Part shown: one piece after another, positions 1-13,885 of the stretch
Numbering within the stretch: position 1 is the stretch's first letter
Layout of the letters: every line of letters starts with the position of its first letter
NCBI GenBank assembly: GCA_951406725.2
Contig: OX597815.1
Coordinates: 120,342,001 to 120,406,000 of the forward strand
DNA from: Octopus vulgaris
Lineage: Eukaryota
Reading direction: 5' to 3'
Length of the DNA stretch: 64,000 bases
Notes under the pieces: model-generated
The model's database searches: none
The model's input: the letters and a program-made list of their open reading frames with translations, nothing else
Told to the model about the DNA's origin: nothing
Made by a program: the position numbers and the translations under genes

Positions 1-1090
1 TTTTTTTACCGAAAGGGTTCCTTCCATGGTTTTGAAGTGCGAAAAAAAAAATGGCCAAAATCGGTCTGGAGTGGGATGAAGGAATGGGTTTTTTTAAAAA
101 AGAACTTAAAACTTTTTTTCATAAGTTGTTCGCCGCTCACTTCGTTTTCAAGGCTGTGGTTTGAAAAAAAGTGGGCAAATCCCCGTCAAAACGGATTAAT
201 TCCAGATCCGAAACTTCGTTTTTCGAGATTCCTCTCCCCACCCCCTCGGAAAAAATTTCCCCCACAAATTTCTTTATAATCGTAATCTGTGCCATTTGAA
301 AGATATTTGTATAAGATTTCATTGAAAGATATCCATTTTCTGAAAGTTATGAGGGAAAAAAGTCGGATCGTGTGAATTTTCCGAAACTCCTCTCCCCACC
401 CCCTCGAAAAACTCTTTCCCATAAGTCCCTATATATTCTGAATCCATATAATCTAAGCGGTATTTGTTGAAAATTTCGTTAAAAAGTATCCATTTTTCTG
501 GAAGTTATGAGGTAACAAAGTCGGTGGGTGTTTACATCTGTAGTTATGCCAGTTTTGTTTGTATGCATGATTGTGTGCGTGCTTATCTGTCATTTAGAAC
601 AACCAAACCGGCTCATAATGGGAAAATACTCTGAAAGTAAGATACACCTGAAATATTAATACAAACGAAATAAAACAAATTTCGCGTAAATCGGACCACA
701 GATTCCCGAGATAGGCGGTTGTTAGGGGTACCTTCATAAATAGTCAAAATGGTGCATAATGGGAAAATATTCCGAAAGTAACATAACCCTGAAATAGGAA
801 AATTGTTTCCATTAATTTTATGTTTACGTTATATAACAATTCCTTTTGTATTTTTGTAGAAGTGTGCACATATACTATGAATAAATGATGTTACTGGAGT
901 TCAAGTTCTATTTCTATTAGATGCTGTAAATAATCAATAAAACCTTAAACATGGACTTGTAAACCAGATCTATGATGACACGAACGAACTGAAATATTTA
1001 ATTGAATTATCATAAATTAATTTTCATTTCAATGCAATGTTGAAATCAGCTACAATGTTTTATAACCCGAATCGTCAGTGAACCAACTAG
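1..1090 (+). mobile_element. Probable non-autonomous Helitron-like repeat (5' end outside window or unclear)
   Basis: Internal sub-repeats (atatccattttctgaaagttatgagg, aaatcgg motifs); ends in a degenerate hairpin plus CTAG|T at 1087-1091. Confidence 0.4.
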
Positions 1091-2223
1091 TATATGTGTG
1101 TGTATGTGTGCATATGAGCGCGCGTGTGATTACACACACACATACATGTTGGTATGTATCGATATATTTATGTATGCATGTATCAAAATGAACTAAGCCG
1201 AGAGAAGTCCCTTAGTAACTATATGAGAAGGTGAGATAATCATCTCATGAATCAAGAATTCTCCAAAGTTGGCATGCCATTAAGGAAAAGGAAAGGCTTA
1301 TTGTCTGAAGATAAAAGACAGTCGTTGGACTCCCCTTCTCACATAGAGATGTTCTTAATTGTATTCATACGTACATACGTGTGTGTGTGTGTGTGTGTAT
1401 TCATATATATACGCACACATAAATGTGTGTATGTGTTTGTCTGGTACCCTCAATTCCCGCTTGATAATCGGTGTTGGTTTACTTACGTCCTCGACAATTT
1501 AGCAATTCAGCACAAGCGACCCATAGAATAAGTACCAGACTTGAAAAGAATGTAACTATTGAGGTTGATTTTCTCCGCTAAACCCTTCTCTTGTAGTGCC
1601 CTAGTATGGCCGCAGTCCAGTTACAAACGAGTGTATGTATACACACTAGATAATCAAATATAGATAAGTGGTTGTCGATATTTAGATCCGGATAAAACTT
1701 GATTAAAAGTTTGCCAGTTAATACTTATCTTCTTAAGTGTATGTTTAAGATTGCATTATCTTTGAGGTTTATGGGAACTTTAGTTGTATTTTGTAGCTGG
1801 TCGAGCAAGCGTAGGGAAACTCGCTTGTTACTTAGTCAAATTTAGATATACAAGTTTCATACTTGTTAGTCTAAATCAGACAGTAGTAACAGATGTTTAG
1901 ATATGGAGACATATGTCAACAAAAGTCCTTGGTTATAGAGATCGGCTTTGCTTGATGGTTACTTGAAACCACCGACATTCTGTCAGAGTTTATTTTGGGG
2001 AGAACACCTACAATGATTGCAGGATAGAAGACTTGCATTGTTCGCGAATCAGAAGCTTTGTAGTGGTTGTAGAATATAGGGATTTTACAAATTCACAAGA
2101 GGGGGAAATGACTGTATTTTTGAGACAGATCATACGTAACGGCTATGTGCATTCGAAATTAAAATTAAAAATACATAGAAGATTGGTAATTCATATACAT
2201 ACGTACATACATACATACATACA

Positions 2224-2254
<31 letters not shown>

Positions 2255-2255
2255 G

Positions 2256-2300
<45 letters not shown>

Positions 2301-2421
2301 AGTGTACATAAACATACATTTTGAACGCCATCGGTTAATGTCAGCATTATAAGAATATATGTATGTGATGACAAAGACATGAGGTAAAGTAATTTCGGCT
2401 TCATTATTTTAGATCCTAAAA

Positions 2422-3095
2422 AGGCGGCGAACCTGTAGAATCGTTAGCATGACGGGTAAAATGATTAGAACGTCTTTACGTTCTGAGTTCAAATTCCGCC
2501 GAGGTTGACTTTGCCTTTCATCCTCTCGAGATCGATAAAATAAGCTCCAATTGAGCATAAGGGTTGATGTAATCGACTTACCCCTACCCTTAAAATTACG
2601 AGCCTTGTGCCAAAGTTTGAAATCATTATTTTAGAGCCTAAAAAGGTGTCGAACTGGTAGAATCAATATTACTTTGGGAAAAATATTTAGCGGCATTTCG
2701 ATCGTCTCTATGTTCTGAATTCAAATTCTGCCGAGGTTGACTCTGCCTTTCGTCCTTTCAGGATCGATAAAATAAGTACCAGTTGAGCATTGAGGTCGAT
2801 ATAATCGATTAGCCCCCCCCTCCTCTAAAATAGGTTAAGCCTTGTGCCCATAGTAGAATAGGATTATTTTTTAGCCTAAAGAGGCAAGCTAACAGAATCG
2901 ATAGTGAATCATACAAACTGCTTAAGGGCATTTCTTACGGCTCTTTAACGAACTGAGTTCAAATTCTGCTCATGTCGATTTTGTCTTTAATCCTTTCGAA
3001 GTCGATAAAATAAGCATCTGTCAAATACTAGAGTCAGTGTTATTGACTGATCCCCTTAACCCCAAGTTGCTGGCTGCGCCAAAATTTGAAACTAT
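2422..3095 (+). mobile_element. Three head-to-tail copies of tRNA-derived SINE family S1
   Basis: Repeated aaggcggcga...gagttcaaattc (B-box-like)...tcgataaaataagtacc units separated by a repeated tcattattttagagccta target-like sequence. Confidence 0.8.
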
Positions 3096-3393
3096 TATTT
3101 AAGAGCCTGAAAATAAACAAAAATAAACCTTCACAGGAGCACTTCTTGCTATTACTAACCATCTCTTATTAATATTCAAACTAAAGATTCTTATTCAATT
3201 TACTGATCCAACTTCGTTGTTGAGGCATCATTCTATCGTTCAGCTTTACTTTAAAGTATTATACCTATAGAATCTACTTCCTTCACAGCTCCCTCTCTCA
3301 GCTTGATAAGAGCAACAAAGATTTGCTGTTACACTAGTTCAAGTCACTTTTCCTTATCCCATTATACATATATAATATAATATAATATAATAT

Positions 3394-3569
3394 AACAATT
3401 GCAGCGTGGAAGGTTTTTGTAAGCCATTTAAGAAACACACAAAAGCCGTTCGATTCACTTCAACATTTAAGTTTAATTTGTCAAAATAAAACTTAAATGT
3501 TGAAGTGAATCGAACGGCTTTTGTGTGTTTCTTAAATGGCTTACAAACACCTTCCACGCTGCAATTGTT
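3394..3569. repeat. Near-perfect palindrome, about 82-bp arms
   Basis: aacaattgcagcgtggaagg...aagttt / aaactt...ccttccacgctgcaattgtt; one mismatch noticed. Confidence 0.95.
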
Positions 3570-3802
3570 TTCGTTTCAGCACACGATCTCAGATCAAATC
3601 ACTTGCTATGCGAGTACATCTCCGTAATATAATATAATATAATGTATGTATGTATGTATGTATGTATGTATGTATGTATGTATGTATGTATGTATGTATG
3701 TATGTATGTATGTATGTATGTATGTATGTATGTATGTATGTATGTCTTTTCCGAATTTGTGTAAATGTGTATAGAATAATATATCAGTTGAATAAAGTTA
3801 AA

Positions 3803-4358
3803 ACATCATTAACTGGTTGTTAGAACAGGTTTGAACATTTTAATAAACCGTTTTTCTTTCATATTTCTTCCAACCTTACTTGTGTTATGTAGTTTGTGGA
3901 AATGAAAAATTAGGAACATTTTCTAACCACGTGTTTCTATATGTTCGCTCAATAGTATTTGGTGAACATTAGTGTTCCGGATTTGTTGTCTGTGGACTCG
4001 TGAGCGTTCCGATAACGCATTCCCTGTCTCGCCAATATATAGTTCCTCGCAATTCAGGTATTTAGTGCAGTAGATCAAATTTCTGCTTTTGCAGTTCATA
4101 TCTACATTTGCGAAAATCTGTCCATTTTTTTGTTCTGATGGATCTACCAGTATGCATGTATTGACACGTTTCACATCTGTTATCATTACACTTGGATACT
4201 GTGAATGCTTTATCCCGTTCATGTCGAATTTTGCTTTTGCTAATAGTTTTTTTTAGGTTATGTGGTTACCTTTAGGTTATATGGTTGCAACATATTAAAA
4301 TGTTAAAACCTGTTCTGAACGGAAATAACAACAATGATATAACAACCAGTTAATGATG
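3803..4358 (-). pseudogene. Penelope-like element fragment, GIY-YIG endonuclease, with inverted terminal duplication
   Basis: ORF 3923-4222 has CKSRNLIYC...C.ELYIGETG..LSER...H; 3803-3844 is repeated inverted at about 4294-4358. Confidence 0.8.
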
Positions 4359-4619
4359 TGGATTAAAAAATATATCGTTAACATATTAATATAAACAAAT
4401 TACAGAAGACTCCCGCCAACTGAAATAAAAACGATCGAAACCAACTAGGCTTGCTCACTCATAAAACCATTACATGTAAACCGTAAGCTAATTGGTTAAA
4501 ATAAAGGCGGGATCTATGCCAGTAATATCGGTACGCCCAGAAAACCGTGACGGTTAAGCTGCATGCAGATTGATCAAAACCATATTCCAAAACTTCGACT
4601 TGTTGGAGCCTTCTAAGAG

Positions 4620-6069
4620 GTACAAAAAGGAAGGATTTAGTAATTTTACTGCAGTTGTCAAGAACTCAACTGTCAATTAAATACATTTTCAATTCTGATA
4701 ATTACTACGAATGTATGAAAGCGCTAAATGAACTTTATGAACATTACAATTACCGATTTTCACCAAACTTTAGACACACATTACTTAAGTCTCAAGGATG
4801 CTCATGCACCATAACATTTTCCCCAGAGCCCCAGCGTAAATGGACGTAAATAGACATAATTTTTTGTATGTAGGGTCTTCCATACTTTTTTAATCTCTCT
4901 ATGAAAGTGTAAAGCATTTCATCTATTTATTTTTTTCCACTGTCTACCCACGACGGTGATTAAATTGACTAGGAACACTGAACGCATACATTTCCACAAT
5001 TCTCAACCGATTTTCACCAAACTTTACACATACACCAAACTTTACACATACACCAAACTTTACACATCCTAAGCATGGCCATGCACTAAACATTCCCCCC
5101 AGAGCTCCCGCGCAAATAGACTAAATGAACATAGTTTTTTGTATGTAGAGTCTTCCATACTTTTTAATCTTTTTCTAAATGTGAAAGGATTTTGTCTATT
5201 TATTTTGACTGTCCACCTGCCACGGTGATTAAATTGACTACGAACTCTGTACGCGATGAATATCCAATGCCAAACAATCTTAATTTCCACATTTAAACTG
5301 TATTAAACTTTACATATTCTGAGTTACTTGAAAGGTGATGTTTCCTTCCCTCTCTTCTATTTGTTGATACCTTTGTTTACCTACCAATGCGTTGTTTCAC
5401 TTTAAGAATGCTTATTTACCCATCCATTATGGTATTTCGACTGTTGTCCATTGTTTCAATTAGCATTGTCGTTCTAGCCTTTTCTAAACAATCACATATA
5501 ATTCGTCCCAAAGAATCGATCTTTAAATAAGAGTTTTGTATCCACCAACAAAAGCTATGTGTATCTTTCAGAAAACTCCATAGCAATTTAACTTTATGCA
5601 GCATTCGCTATTAGTTTATGCCCAGACTATGCGGGAAGACAGAATAAAGGAGCTTTGTTAGTTTATCTCTCCGAAAAAAATATCTCCCTTTGTTGTTGAA
5701 AAAATAAATTCGCAGAGAGGAAGCTTTAACGTCTTACTCCAATTTTATCGCACCATTTATATGGTTGTTTCTGACAAGAAATTTCGCTTCTATGTAAAAC
5801 AACTATATTGTGTAGTCATTATCCGTAATCTACTCCCAAAACACTTCAGTAGCTCTACTTTGCATCGCTTGCAAACTTATATGTTTTATGATCATTAAAG
5901 TACTACGACCTCCACAATAACCAGCCTTCAATTTGATTTTCCGTTCCTAGGTTAATCGTAAACATAGATTGCCATGCTACTCATAAACCTTCTCGGTAGT
6001 TCAATTATTTGGTGAAAAAAATGCCACCAAAGCAACTTAGACCGTCCAAGGGACGGGTGCGTTTGCTAG
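4620..6069 (+). mobile_element. Helitron-like element (3' end defined, 5' boundary approximate)
   Basis: Hairpin CCGTCC-aag-GGACGG (6042-6056) then CTAG|T at 6066-6070; internal duplicated ccgattttcaccaaacttta blocks. Confidence 0.5.
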
Positions 6070-6363
6070 TATATATATATAAATTCAGTAGCCTTGGTAT
6101 TTATTAGGAAGTTAAATGTTTGGCCTGTGGTTGAGTGATCATTGATTTCGCACCTATAAAGCACTTAACAGTATAAGTGACTTGTCATTCGTTCATTTGA
6201 GTCTGACGAGTCATCTATACTGGTTAGCGCTTTATAGATTCGAGACCAATGATCGGTCTATGACTGGGCATCACATTACCTTCCTAAAAAATATATTGCT
6301 GGTCAAATGCTTTGGAGTGTGCCTCTTTTTCGGATACATGAACTACTGATGACGTATATATAT

Positions 6364-6526
6364 AGGCGAAGAGGTGGATGTGTGGTAAGTAGCTTGCTTA
6401 CCAACCACATGGTTCCGGGTTCAGTCCCACTGCGTGGCCCCTTGGGAAAGTGTCTTCTAGTATAGCCTCGGGCCAACCAAAGGCTTGTGAGTGGATTTGG
6501 TAGATAGAAAATGAAAGAAGCCCGTC

Positions 6527-6527
<1 letters not shown>
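6364..6527 (+). mobile_element. SINE family S2 (tRNA head plus CORE-like box)
   Basis: gtggtaagtagcttgcttaccaaccacatggttccgggttcagtcccactgcgtgg...cttgggaaagtgtctt; other copies or parts near 25765, 27560, 28350, 31214, 43675(-), 45180(-), 48490, 52782, 60965(-). Confidence 0.8.
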
Positions 6528-6562
<35 letters not shown>

Positions 6563-6602
6563 TTGGGAATAGATGCGTGGCGTTCAATTAAATAATAACA
6601 TG

Positions 6603-6657
<55 letters not shown>

Positions 6658-6663
6658 TATATA

Positions 6664-7568
6664 CAGGGTGTTTCAAAAAATTTGATATCATTTCGCAATC
6701 TAATAACTTAGCCAGTTCTTGTTGAAACGACTTCAAATTTTAGCGGCATGTGTAGAAACATGTCAAAATTTTATGTTTAATGTTTGATATGTTTATTGTT
6801 TCAGGTATAGAAATGGCATTCACTGGAAGAGAAAAGGCGTTTTGTGTGTTGGAGTATGCTCGAACACAGTCGAACACAGTCGAACGCTGCACAGTCGTGC
6901 AGCGTGCCTTTGTGAGAGAGTTCTCTAAAAGAATCACCAACAGCAATGCAGATTTGGACATGGCACAAAAAATTCAAAGAGGAAGGCTGTCTGTGCAGGG
7001 TGAAAGGATCTAGACAACCACTGGTATCAGAAGAGACAGTCGAGTGGGTTTGCCAAAACCTCTTGTGAAGCCGCAAGAAGTCCATAAGAAGAACAGGTCT
7101 GGAAACCCAGATTCCTCCAACGACAGTTTGGCGCGTCCTGAGGAAACGCTTGCTTATGAAACCCTACAAGCTGCAGCTTGTTCAGGCCATAACAGCAGAT
7201 AGCAAGCAAAAGCGCAAACATGGGGCTATCTGTAGGCCCTGGTCTGTGTATCCCATCTTCCTGCAAACCTAGAGGAACTCGAGCAGAGAATCACTACCGC
7301 ACTGGAGACTGTTACCCAAGACGTGCTGCTGCGTGTTTGGGAAGAGCTGGACTACCGACTTGACATGTGATGTGTCTCAAACAGTGCGCATATTGAACAT
7401 TTGTGAAATCGTTCATAGAATCCACATACCTTTGAATTTCTCAATCAAATTTGGAGGAATAAATTATATGTTGTTTAACATTAAGCCTGTTTAATTTCAT
7501 TTGCTTCGACTTTGTAGTTTCTGTGATATTTACATTTCAAATGATATCAAATCTTTTGAAACACTCTG
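6664..7568 (+). mobile_element. Tc1/mariner-superfamily deletion derivative (maT/rosa-like)
   Basis: TIRs CAGGGTGTTTCAAAA / TTTTGAAACACTCTG, TA flanks, broken transposase N-terminus MAFTGREKAFCVLEYART. Confidence 0.85.
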
Positions 7569-8348
7569 TATGTATGTATGTATATATATATATATATATA
7601 TATATCACCGTGACCGACCAGGCTATCAGATGTTGCTACACATCGCTGGTCACAATGCGCTTCGCATTGTTTTAGCAGATATGTTGGTTACTTTCAGGGA
7701 CATCTCAGTTGAATAGTATCAAGGAAGAAGAAAAAAAAACTTAGAAGAGATTCATTTTGCAGACGAGCCATTTTAAATTTGGGAATCGGGAATATAGTCG
7801 CCATGGAATCAATCCCGACTATTTTGTTGGCTTGAAGAACTGGAGGGTTAGCGAGGGAAGAGGTTGATAATATAGAAATCGGATGGAGTTAAGTTCTTTG
7901 ATTAATCAACAATCAACTAATCTGATGTGGGCAAAGGCTAAGGAGAAATGAAGCGTGGTATCATGGTTAGACAGGAATGGAGGGTAGCAGAATGATTTGG
8001 TAAAGACTTGGTTTAGAAATGAACAAGAGCAACATGTTTGTAAACAGTTAGCTGTTGCTTAGCCCTGGGTCACCTCTGATCGACCACACCTACGATAGAA
8101 GGCATCCCATCGGTGACTATCTCGCCTTTTTCAAATGGAAACCCGTGAATACGTTACTCAACGTCCTACTTTTCAAGTCGGTAGCGTATGATGTTAGGGA
8201 TATGTGGTTACTATTTTTAGAATGTGGAGTCACCATGCACTAGAGTCTTTGTTGGTTCGTGAAAATGTTAATGAAATTTAGAGGCAACAAAGCTGCAGTC
8301 TGTGAGATGCAGCAAAGTATGTTTTGTTTTTCTGATAACTGTTTTATA

Positions 8349-9257
8349 CAAGGTGGTGTCAGAAAGTTCTCGGACTAGATCTGTAGCAGGCTAACAGATG
8401 GCAGCACACGCATGCGTGCGCTGTGAGAGATAACAGTGATTTTCATGAAGCAGTGTGCTGAGTGAAATTGCTGTGTTTACTTCGCAAGTGGTGAAACTTG
8501 TGCTTTTATGATCACGTGCATGCTGTAGTCTGCGATTTTGTCATGTGCAGGGAGTTGGAACAAAGAGCCAACGTGAAATTTTGTGCTAAACTTGGGAAGT
8601 CTGCTACAGAGACATAAAGCATGCTTCGGCATGCTTATGGCAAAGAAGTAATGGGTCGTACACAATGTTTCGAGTGGTACAGGCACTTCAAAAGCGGTAG
8701 AACGTCACTGGAAGGCGATGAGCGATCTGGAAGACTGCCACGAGTGTCACCCCTGGAAATGTGGTATTGTACATCGAGAATTCGCCCCCCCCCCCCACAA
8801 GGCCAGACCGTCAATTGAGAGTTCTACTGCGACGTTTTAAAGCATTTGAGGGAGGACATTCGGAGAAGGCGTCCGGATCTGTGGAGCACGAATAAATTGA
8901 TTCTTCATCGAGCTCGCTTCACTCGTGAGTTTCTCGTCAAAAACAACATGGTATCACTTCTGCACCCGTCCTATTCACCAGATTGTGCATCTGCGAACTT
9001 CTGTCTCTTTTCCATGCTGAAAATGCAGCTCAAAGGTCGCCATTTTAACACCGCTGTCGAGATCCAGAGCGAGTTGCAGAAGGTTCTCGACCCCCTTACG
9101 GAAAACGACTTCTAGACCGGATTCCAAAAGTGTAGGAAACGCTGGAACTGGTGCATTGCTGCGCAAGGCATTTTGTAGACGATGTTAAAACTTAAGTAAA
9201 TAAGTCATTTTTTAAAACTGAATATAACTAGTCCGGGAACCTTTTGATACCACCTCC
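8349..9257 (+). mobile_element. Mariner element, internally deleted pseudogene
   Basis: TIRs caaggtggtgtcagaaagttctcggactag / ctagtccgggaaccttttgataccacctc; HTH (FEWYRHFKSGRTSLEGDERSGR) and HPSYSPD motif. Confidence 0.9.
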
Positions 9258-10004
9258 TAGGTGAAATTCTTGTGACGCTCAGTGACCACCAGGTGTGATA
9301 GACAATACCTTTTGCTTGTACAGCTGGAGAACAGCTACGAGTGGACTATATAAGATTTTAGTAGGTGATTAATGGATTTAATCATGTGAGATTTATGAGC
9401 GAAGATAGCTTAATAGCAGTAACCTACTAATCTCTCTCTGTGTCAGGGGTCTGGGTATATTTGCTACTAAGTGTAATCAGAGTAGAACTTGTCAATTCTC
9501 AAGAAATCAGCTGGTTACTGAAACTCTTTCATACTCGCATAATCCGCAGGAAGAGCTGCATATTTGCAGGCCTCCTAGGCTATTTTTTTTTTAGCTTTAT
9601 TTGATTGGTTTGATTGAGTCGGGTGAGTCCGTATCCACACATTTTGCAGTCTTCTCTAGGATCGGTCAGATCAATGGGGTTAACGTGGGTCTTGAATAAA
9701 TCTATGTGATTTTCAAATCAATGGATGTAGGAAAAATTGCACCAGGAAAGAATTCCGGAGGATGGATGTTTTGGAGAGGAAGGACTGTAGGAATTGGTAC
9801 AAATTGTCTGATGTGGTGTAGATGAACACAGTGTGATGAGCAGTACATATGAGGGCTAGAAGTAGGATTGTATTCGTAAGAGATTTGATACCAAGTAGTT
9901 GGATAACCATTGCATCTGGCAGCAGTAGCACAGTCCTACTTTGAAAACAAGTATACTATTATTGGTTTCACTCTACCTTTATAAAGAGTTGCTAGTTGTT
10001 GAAG

Positions 10005-10240
10005 TGGAGGCACATGGCCTAGTCGTTAGAGCAGCGGACCCGCGGTCGAGGGATCGCAGGTTCGAATCTCAGACCGGGCGATGTGTGTGTTTATGAGCGA
10101 AATACCTAAACTCCACGCGGCTTCTGCTGACTCTTTCGCCACAACTTTCTCTCACTCCTGCATCTTGCAGCTCACCGGCGAGGAAACCGGGAAACCGGCC
10201 CTTATGAGCTGGGCGTGGCTCGAGAAGGAACAAACAATAA
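10005..10240 (+). mobile_element. tRNA-derived SINE family S4
   Basis: A-box tggcctagtcgttagagc and B-box ggttcgaatc followed by a non-tRNA body. Confidence 0.65.
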
Positions 10241-10249
10241 CTAGTTGTT

Positions 10250-11100
10250 GAGTACTGTCGTATTTTGTGGTTTTGAAGAGGAAGGCCTATCTTTCAGATG
10301 TACTCTTTGCTATGTTGAGTATGTGTTCGTCAAGAATATTTCTGTAATAGTAATGCCTAACATTTGTAGTAACCTCAAGGCTTATCATATAGCTAAGTAT
10401 TATTTATGTTTAGGAAAATTAGGGGGTAAAAATGTTTTTTTGTTGTTGTTTGATGTGATTTTGTCTTTTAATGTTGGAGGAAACAAGATAGGCGTGACCA
10501 CAATGGAATATGCTTTTGAGCTCTCTTTTTATGGAGCCAGGGCAGATTTAATGCAGCGTGTGTAAGTTACATGTGAATGATGCTTAAACGTAGACGGTTA
10601 TGGAGGAATGAAAGGTGTATCATCTGCGTAGAAATGGAAATTGTTGGATGTGACAGCAAGGAGGCTGTTGATATATAAGAAAGAAAATATAGGGAGCATA
10701 ACCGAACCCTTGGGAACGTCAAACTTGATTGTTTGTGGATCAGAGGAAGTCCTTTTAGTACACTCTAATGTAGTGTGATCCAAGAGACATGAAAAGGGTG
10801 GACTCCACATGCAGTTTTACCAGGAGATTCGCGTATTTGACAGACGAAAGCTTTAGCGATGTTAAAGGCAACAACACTGCTTTCACCAAATTTCGTGTGG
10901 AAGAGATCACACTGACGAATGATAAACTCGAGTAGGTCTGGTTTTGTGAAAGCCGTATATGTGCTCATTAAGGAAGGTGAGAGATTCAAGTTGTTGGAGA
11001 AAGTTGTTGTTAGTGACTATCTCCATCACTTTTAAGTTGTTGAAGAGTGAGAGCAAGAGGTCGATAGCTGACAGAGTCACATCAATTACCTTTCTTGGGA
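10250..11100 (-). pseudogene. CR1/Jockey-like LINE reverse transcriptase fragment
   Basis: VVAFNIAKAF, VPKGSVMLPIFSFLYIN and YADDT motifs across frames. Confidence 0.75.
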
Positions 11101-11123
11101 ATGGGACACATGATACTGTGTTC

Positions 11124-11159
11124 CTTTCTGTTGAAGAGCGTACGCTCCAAACGTTAAAG
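11124..11159 (+). ncRNA. Degenerate minimal type I hammerhead motif
   Basis: CUUU-CUGUUGA-A-GAGC/GCUC-CAAA-CGUU-AAAG; two core substitutions. Confidence 0.5.
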
Positions 11160-11254
11160 ACTTTCTCACTTCCCGAGCGTTATACTAATACATCTGTTTG
11201 TTGTCTACACCACCTGTCTTCGTCTTTTGTTTTTTGTTTTCTTTTGTGAATTCT

Positions 11255-11397
<143 letters not shown>

Positions 11398-11402
11398 ATA
11401 TA

Positions 11403-11930
11403 CAGGGTGATTGAAAAGTAACTCCATATGGTATTCACTATGCTGCAAGATGAGATCTGGCCAGTTATCAGTGCTTGGGAGAGTATCGAAGATTTTTATG
11501 CCAGATGATGTCCTTCCACATTTGGCTCTTGTCGTTCGTGAATAGCTGAGTACCCACTTCCCCGGGAGATGGATGGGTGGTCACGGTCCGCATGAGTGGC
11601 CAGCTAGGAATCGCAGCTTAACACCCTGTGGTTTCTTTCTTTTAGGTTGGTTAAAGGAACAAGTCTACTATACCAAGCCAAAAACTTTGGAAGAACTTGA
11701 AGGACGAATACGAGAAGTTATGTCTTCCAACCCACAAGAGATCCTTGTGAAATCAGCTGACGCAATTCCTGGGCGACTGAAGAAGCTGATGGCGACATCA
11801 GGTGTTCATATCGAATTTTAAATAAAATCTCATACTAAAAGCTTTCCTCTCGTTTCCATGGTTTTTGTAAAAATGACAATTTACAAATAATTTATAAGTA
11901 TTTTAAAATTGGGAGTTACTTTTCAATCAC

Positions 11931-11934
<4 letters not shown>
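11403..11934 (+). mobile_element. Tc1/mariner (rosa/maT-like) deletion derivative
   Basis: TIR CAGGGTGATTGAAAAGTAACTCC at both ends; WPARNRSLTPCGFFLLGWLKEQVY. Confidence 0.88.
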
Positions 11935-11984
<50 letters not shown>

Positions 11985-12684
11985 AGGGAAGAGAGAAAGA
12001 GAGATTGTTGTTGATAGCTGCTAGATCTGAAGCATATTGTTTGTGGGCGATTGAAGAGAATTGATCGGGCCAGTTACTTCATTAAGTTGTGACTATTGGA
12101 GATGTTATCGAAAATGGAGTGTATATGGGTATGAGAGGGAACATGGTGGAGTGGAAAGGAAAAGTTTTGGAGGAGAGATTTACTTGGTGCGTCAAGCAGT
12201 AGTTTAGCGTGGGTTACCAGCATTCGGAGCAAGGGTTTTTATTTATTATTTCTTCTTTATGCTTGCTTTTGAAAATTTTCACTTCTAAGAATCCCGCACC
12301 CCTGCATCCCAGTTCATGTTATACCACTGGTTTGATGTGGCGTATTCGTCTGGAGGAGAATTAATTAAGGAATTATCCGAACTGCGAAGAAAAGGAATGG
12401 AGGATGTCGTAAAGTGGACAGAACTTCTTCTGGCAAGAAATCTAGAAGACCAGTTGCGATTTAGGAGGCAGGTGAGGTGGCGAGAAATGCGATGCGCAGT
12501 TTCAGGTTTCGGCGATGATTTTTCAGAAGTTGTAGTTCTAGGTCAAAATCCGTCAAGTTTTTAGGGATGAGTGATTTCAGGCTCTCCAAACATTGTAGTC
12601 TTTGTCTACAACGTTCAAAGGACAAAAAGGACAGGCCCAAAACTTAAGAAAGCACACGGCCTACGACGTGTTGTTTGTCTAGAC

Positions 12685-13033
12685 CAGGAGTTCTCAGCCA
12701 TTTTTCTTATCTATGGATCCCTTTGATGACTATTGTATTTTGGTGTACCCCCATAGCCATTCGATGTTTAAAAACTAGTTTTATAGAAACTTCTTTCAAA
12801 ATTCCTATTTTGATTTTCACATGTGTAGGTTTCACTTGTATAGGTTGAATGTTAGAGAAAGAAACCTAGCAGTTTCACGCAATACATACCAACATATATA
12901 TCTAAAGCAAAATGCTTTCCGGGGCCCTTAAAATACTATTATGGATTCTCAATTTACTATTTTATTTGCGTGAACCTCCAAAAATTTTATATGGACCTTT
13001 AGGGGCCATATGGATCTCGGTTCAGGACTACTG
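12685..13033. mobile_element. hAT (Charlie-like) MITE
   Basis: CAG...CTG termini with perfect 8-bp TSD GTCTAGAC on both sides. Confidence 0.85.
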
Positions 13034-13122
13034 GTCTAGACAGATGCAGCACTGCTATGGTTGAACTCTTTGTGGAACTTGGGCTATGAGTTTTGACTGT
13101 GTGTGTGATGGAGGGAGGGAGG

Positions 13123-13194
<72 letters not shown>

Positions 13195-13569
13195 AAGGGA
13201 GAGAAGTTTATACGATTAGCATGTCACCCATCTAGCTCTTTCTGGAGGGTCTGGCGTGAAGTATGAGCTGTCGGGTATAATTAGTTATAATTTACTTATA
13301 GAGTCAATCAGTTGACTTGAAATCCAGAATGTGATGGTATGGTTTGATATTGTGTAGATGTGTGCTGGGTATTCGTGACAGGCAGTGGTCGGATGACCCA
13401 GTAGGTGCAGAGTTCTAGTAGAGGCCGGATTTGGAGTGTCTGTGTAGGTTAGTGAGGAGTGTAGTAGATGGAACTCGTTGATGTAGATAGAGGAAGATTG
13501 CGAAAGATTTGGGATGAATGTAAAAGTCAAAGTAAGTTGTGAGCGTTGAAGTTATCGAGGACGAGTGAA

Positions 13570-13885
13570 GGCGTGTGGCTTAGTGGTTAAGAGTATTCAG
13601 CTCACGATCGCAAAGTCGTGAGTTCGATACACGGCAGTGTGTTGTGTTATTGAGCAAGACACTTTAATTCACATTGCTCTAGCCGATTCGGCTGGCAAAA
13701 TGAATAGTACCTGTATTTTAAAGGGACAGCTTTTCACATTCTGTGTCACGCTGAAAATTTCTGAGAATTACGTTAAGAATTACACGTGTCTGTGGAGTAC
13801 TCAACCACTTGTACGTTAATTTCACGAGCAGGCTGTTCCGTTGATCGAATCAGCTGGAACGCTCATCGTCGTAACCGACGGAGGA
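13570..13885 (+). mobile_element. tRNA-derived SINE family S3
   Basis: gtggcttagtggtta...gagttcgatac head; homologous copies near 32683-32970 and 59440-59700. Confidence 0.75.

Noticed and set aside
5416-5604. Possible integrase zinc-finger remnant on the minus strand
   Set aside because: Too short and interrupted to call
6200-6270. CTGACGA...GAGACC..GGTC hammerhead-like string
   Set aside because: GAAA is altered and stem I does not pair next to the core
10005-10080. tRNA gene
   Set aside because: No proper acceptor stem; continues into a SINE body
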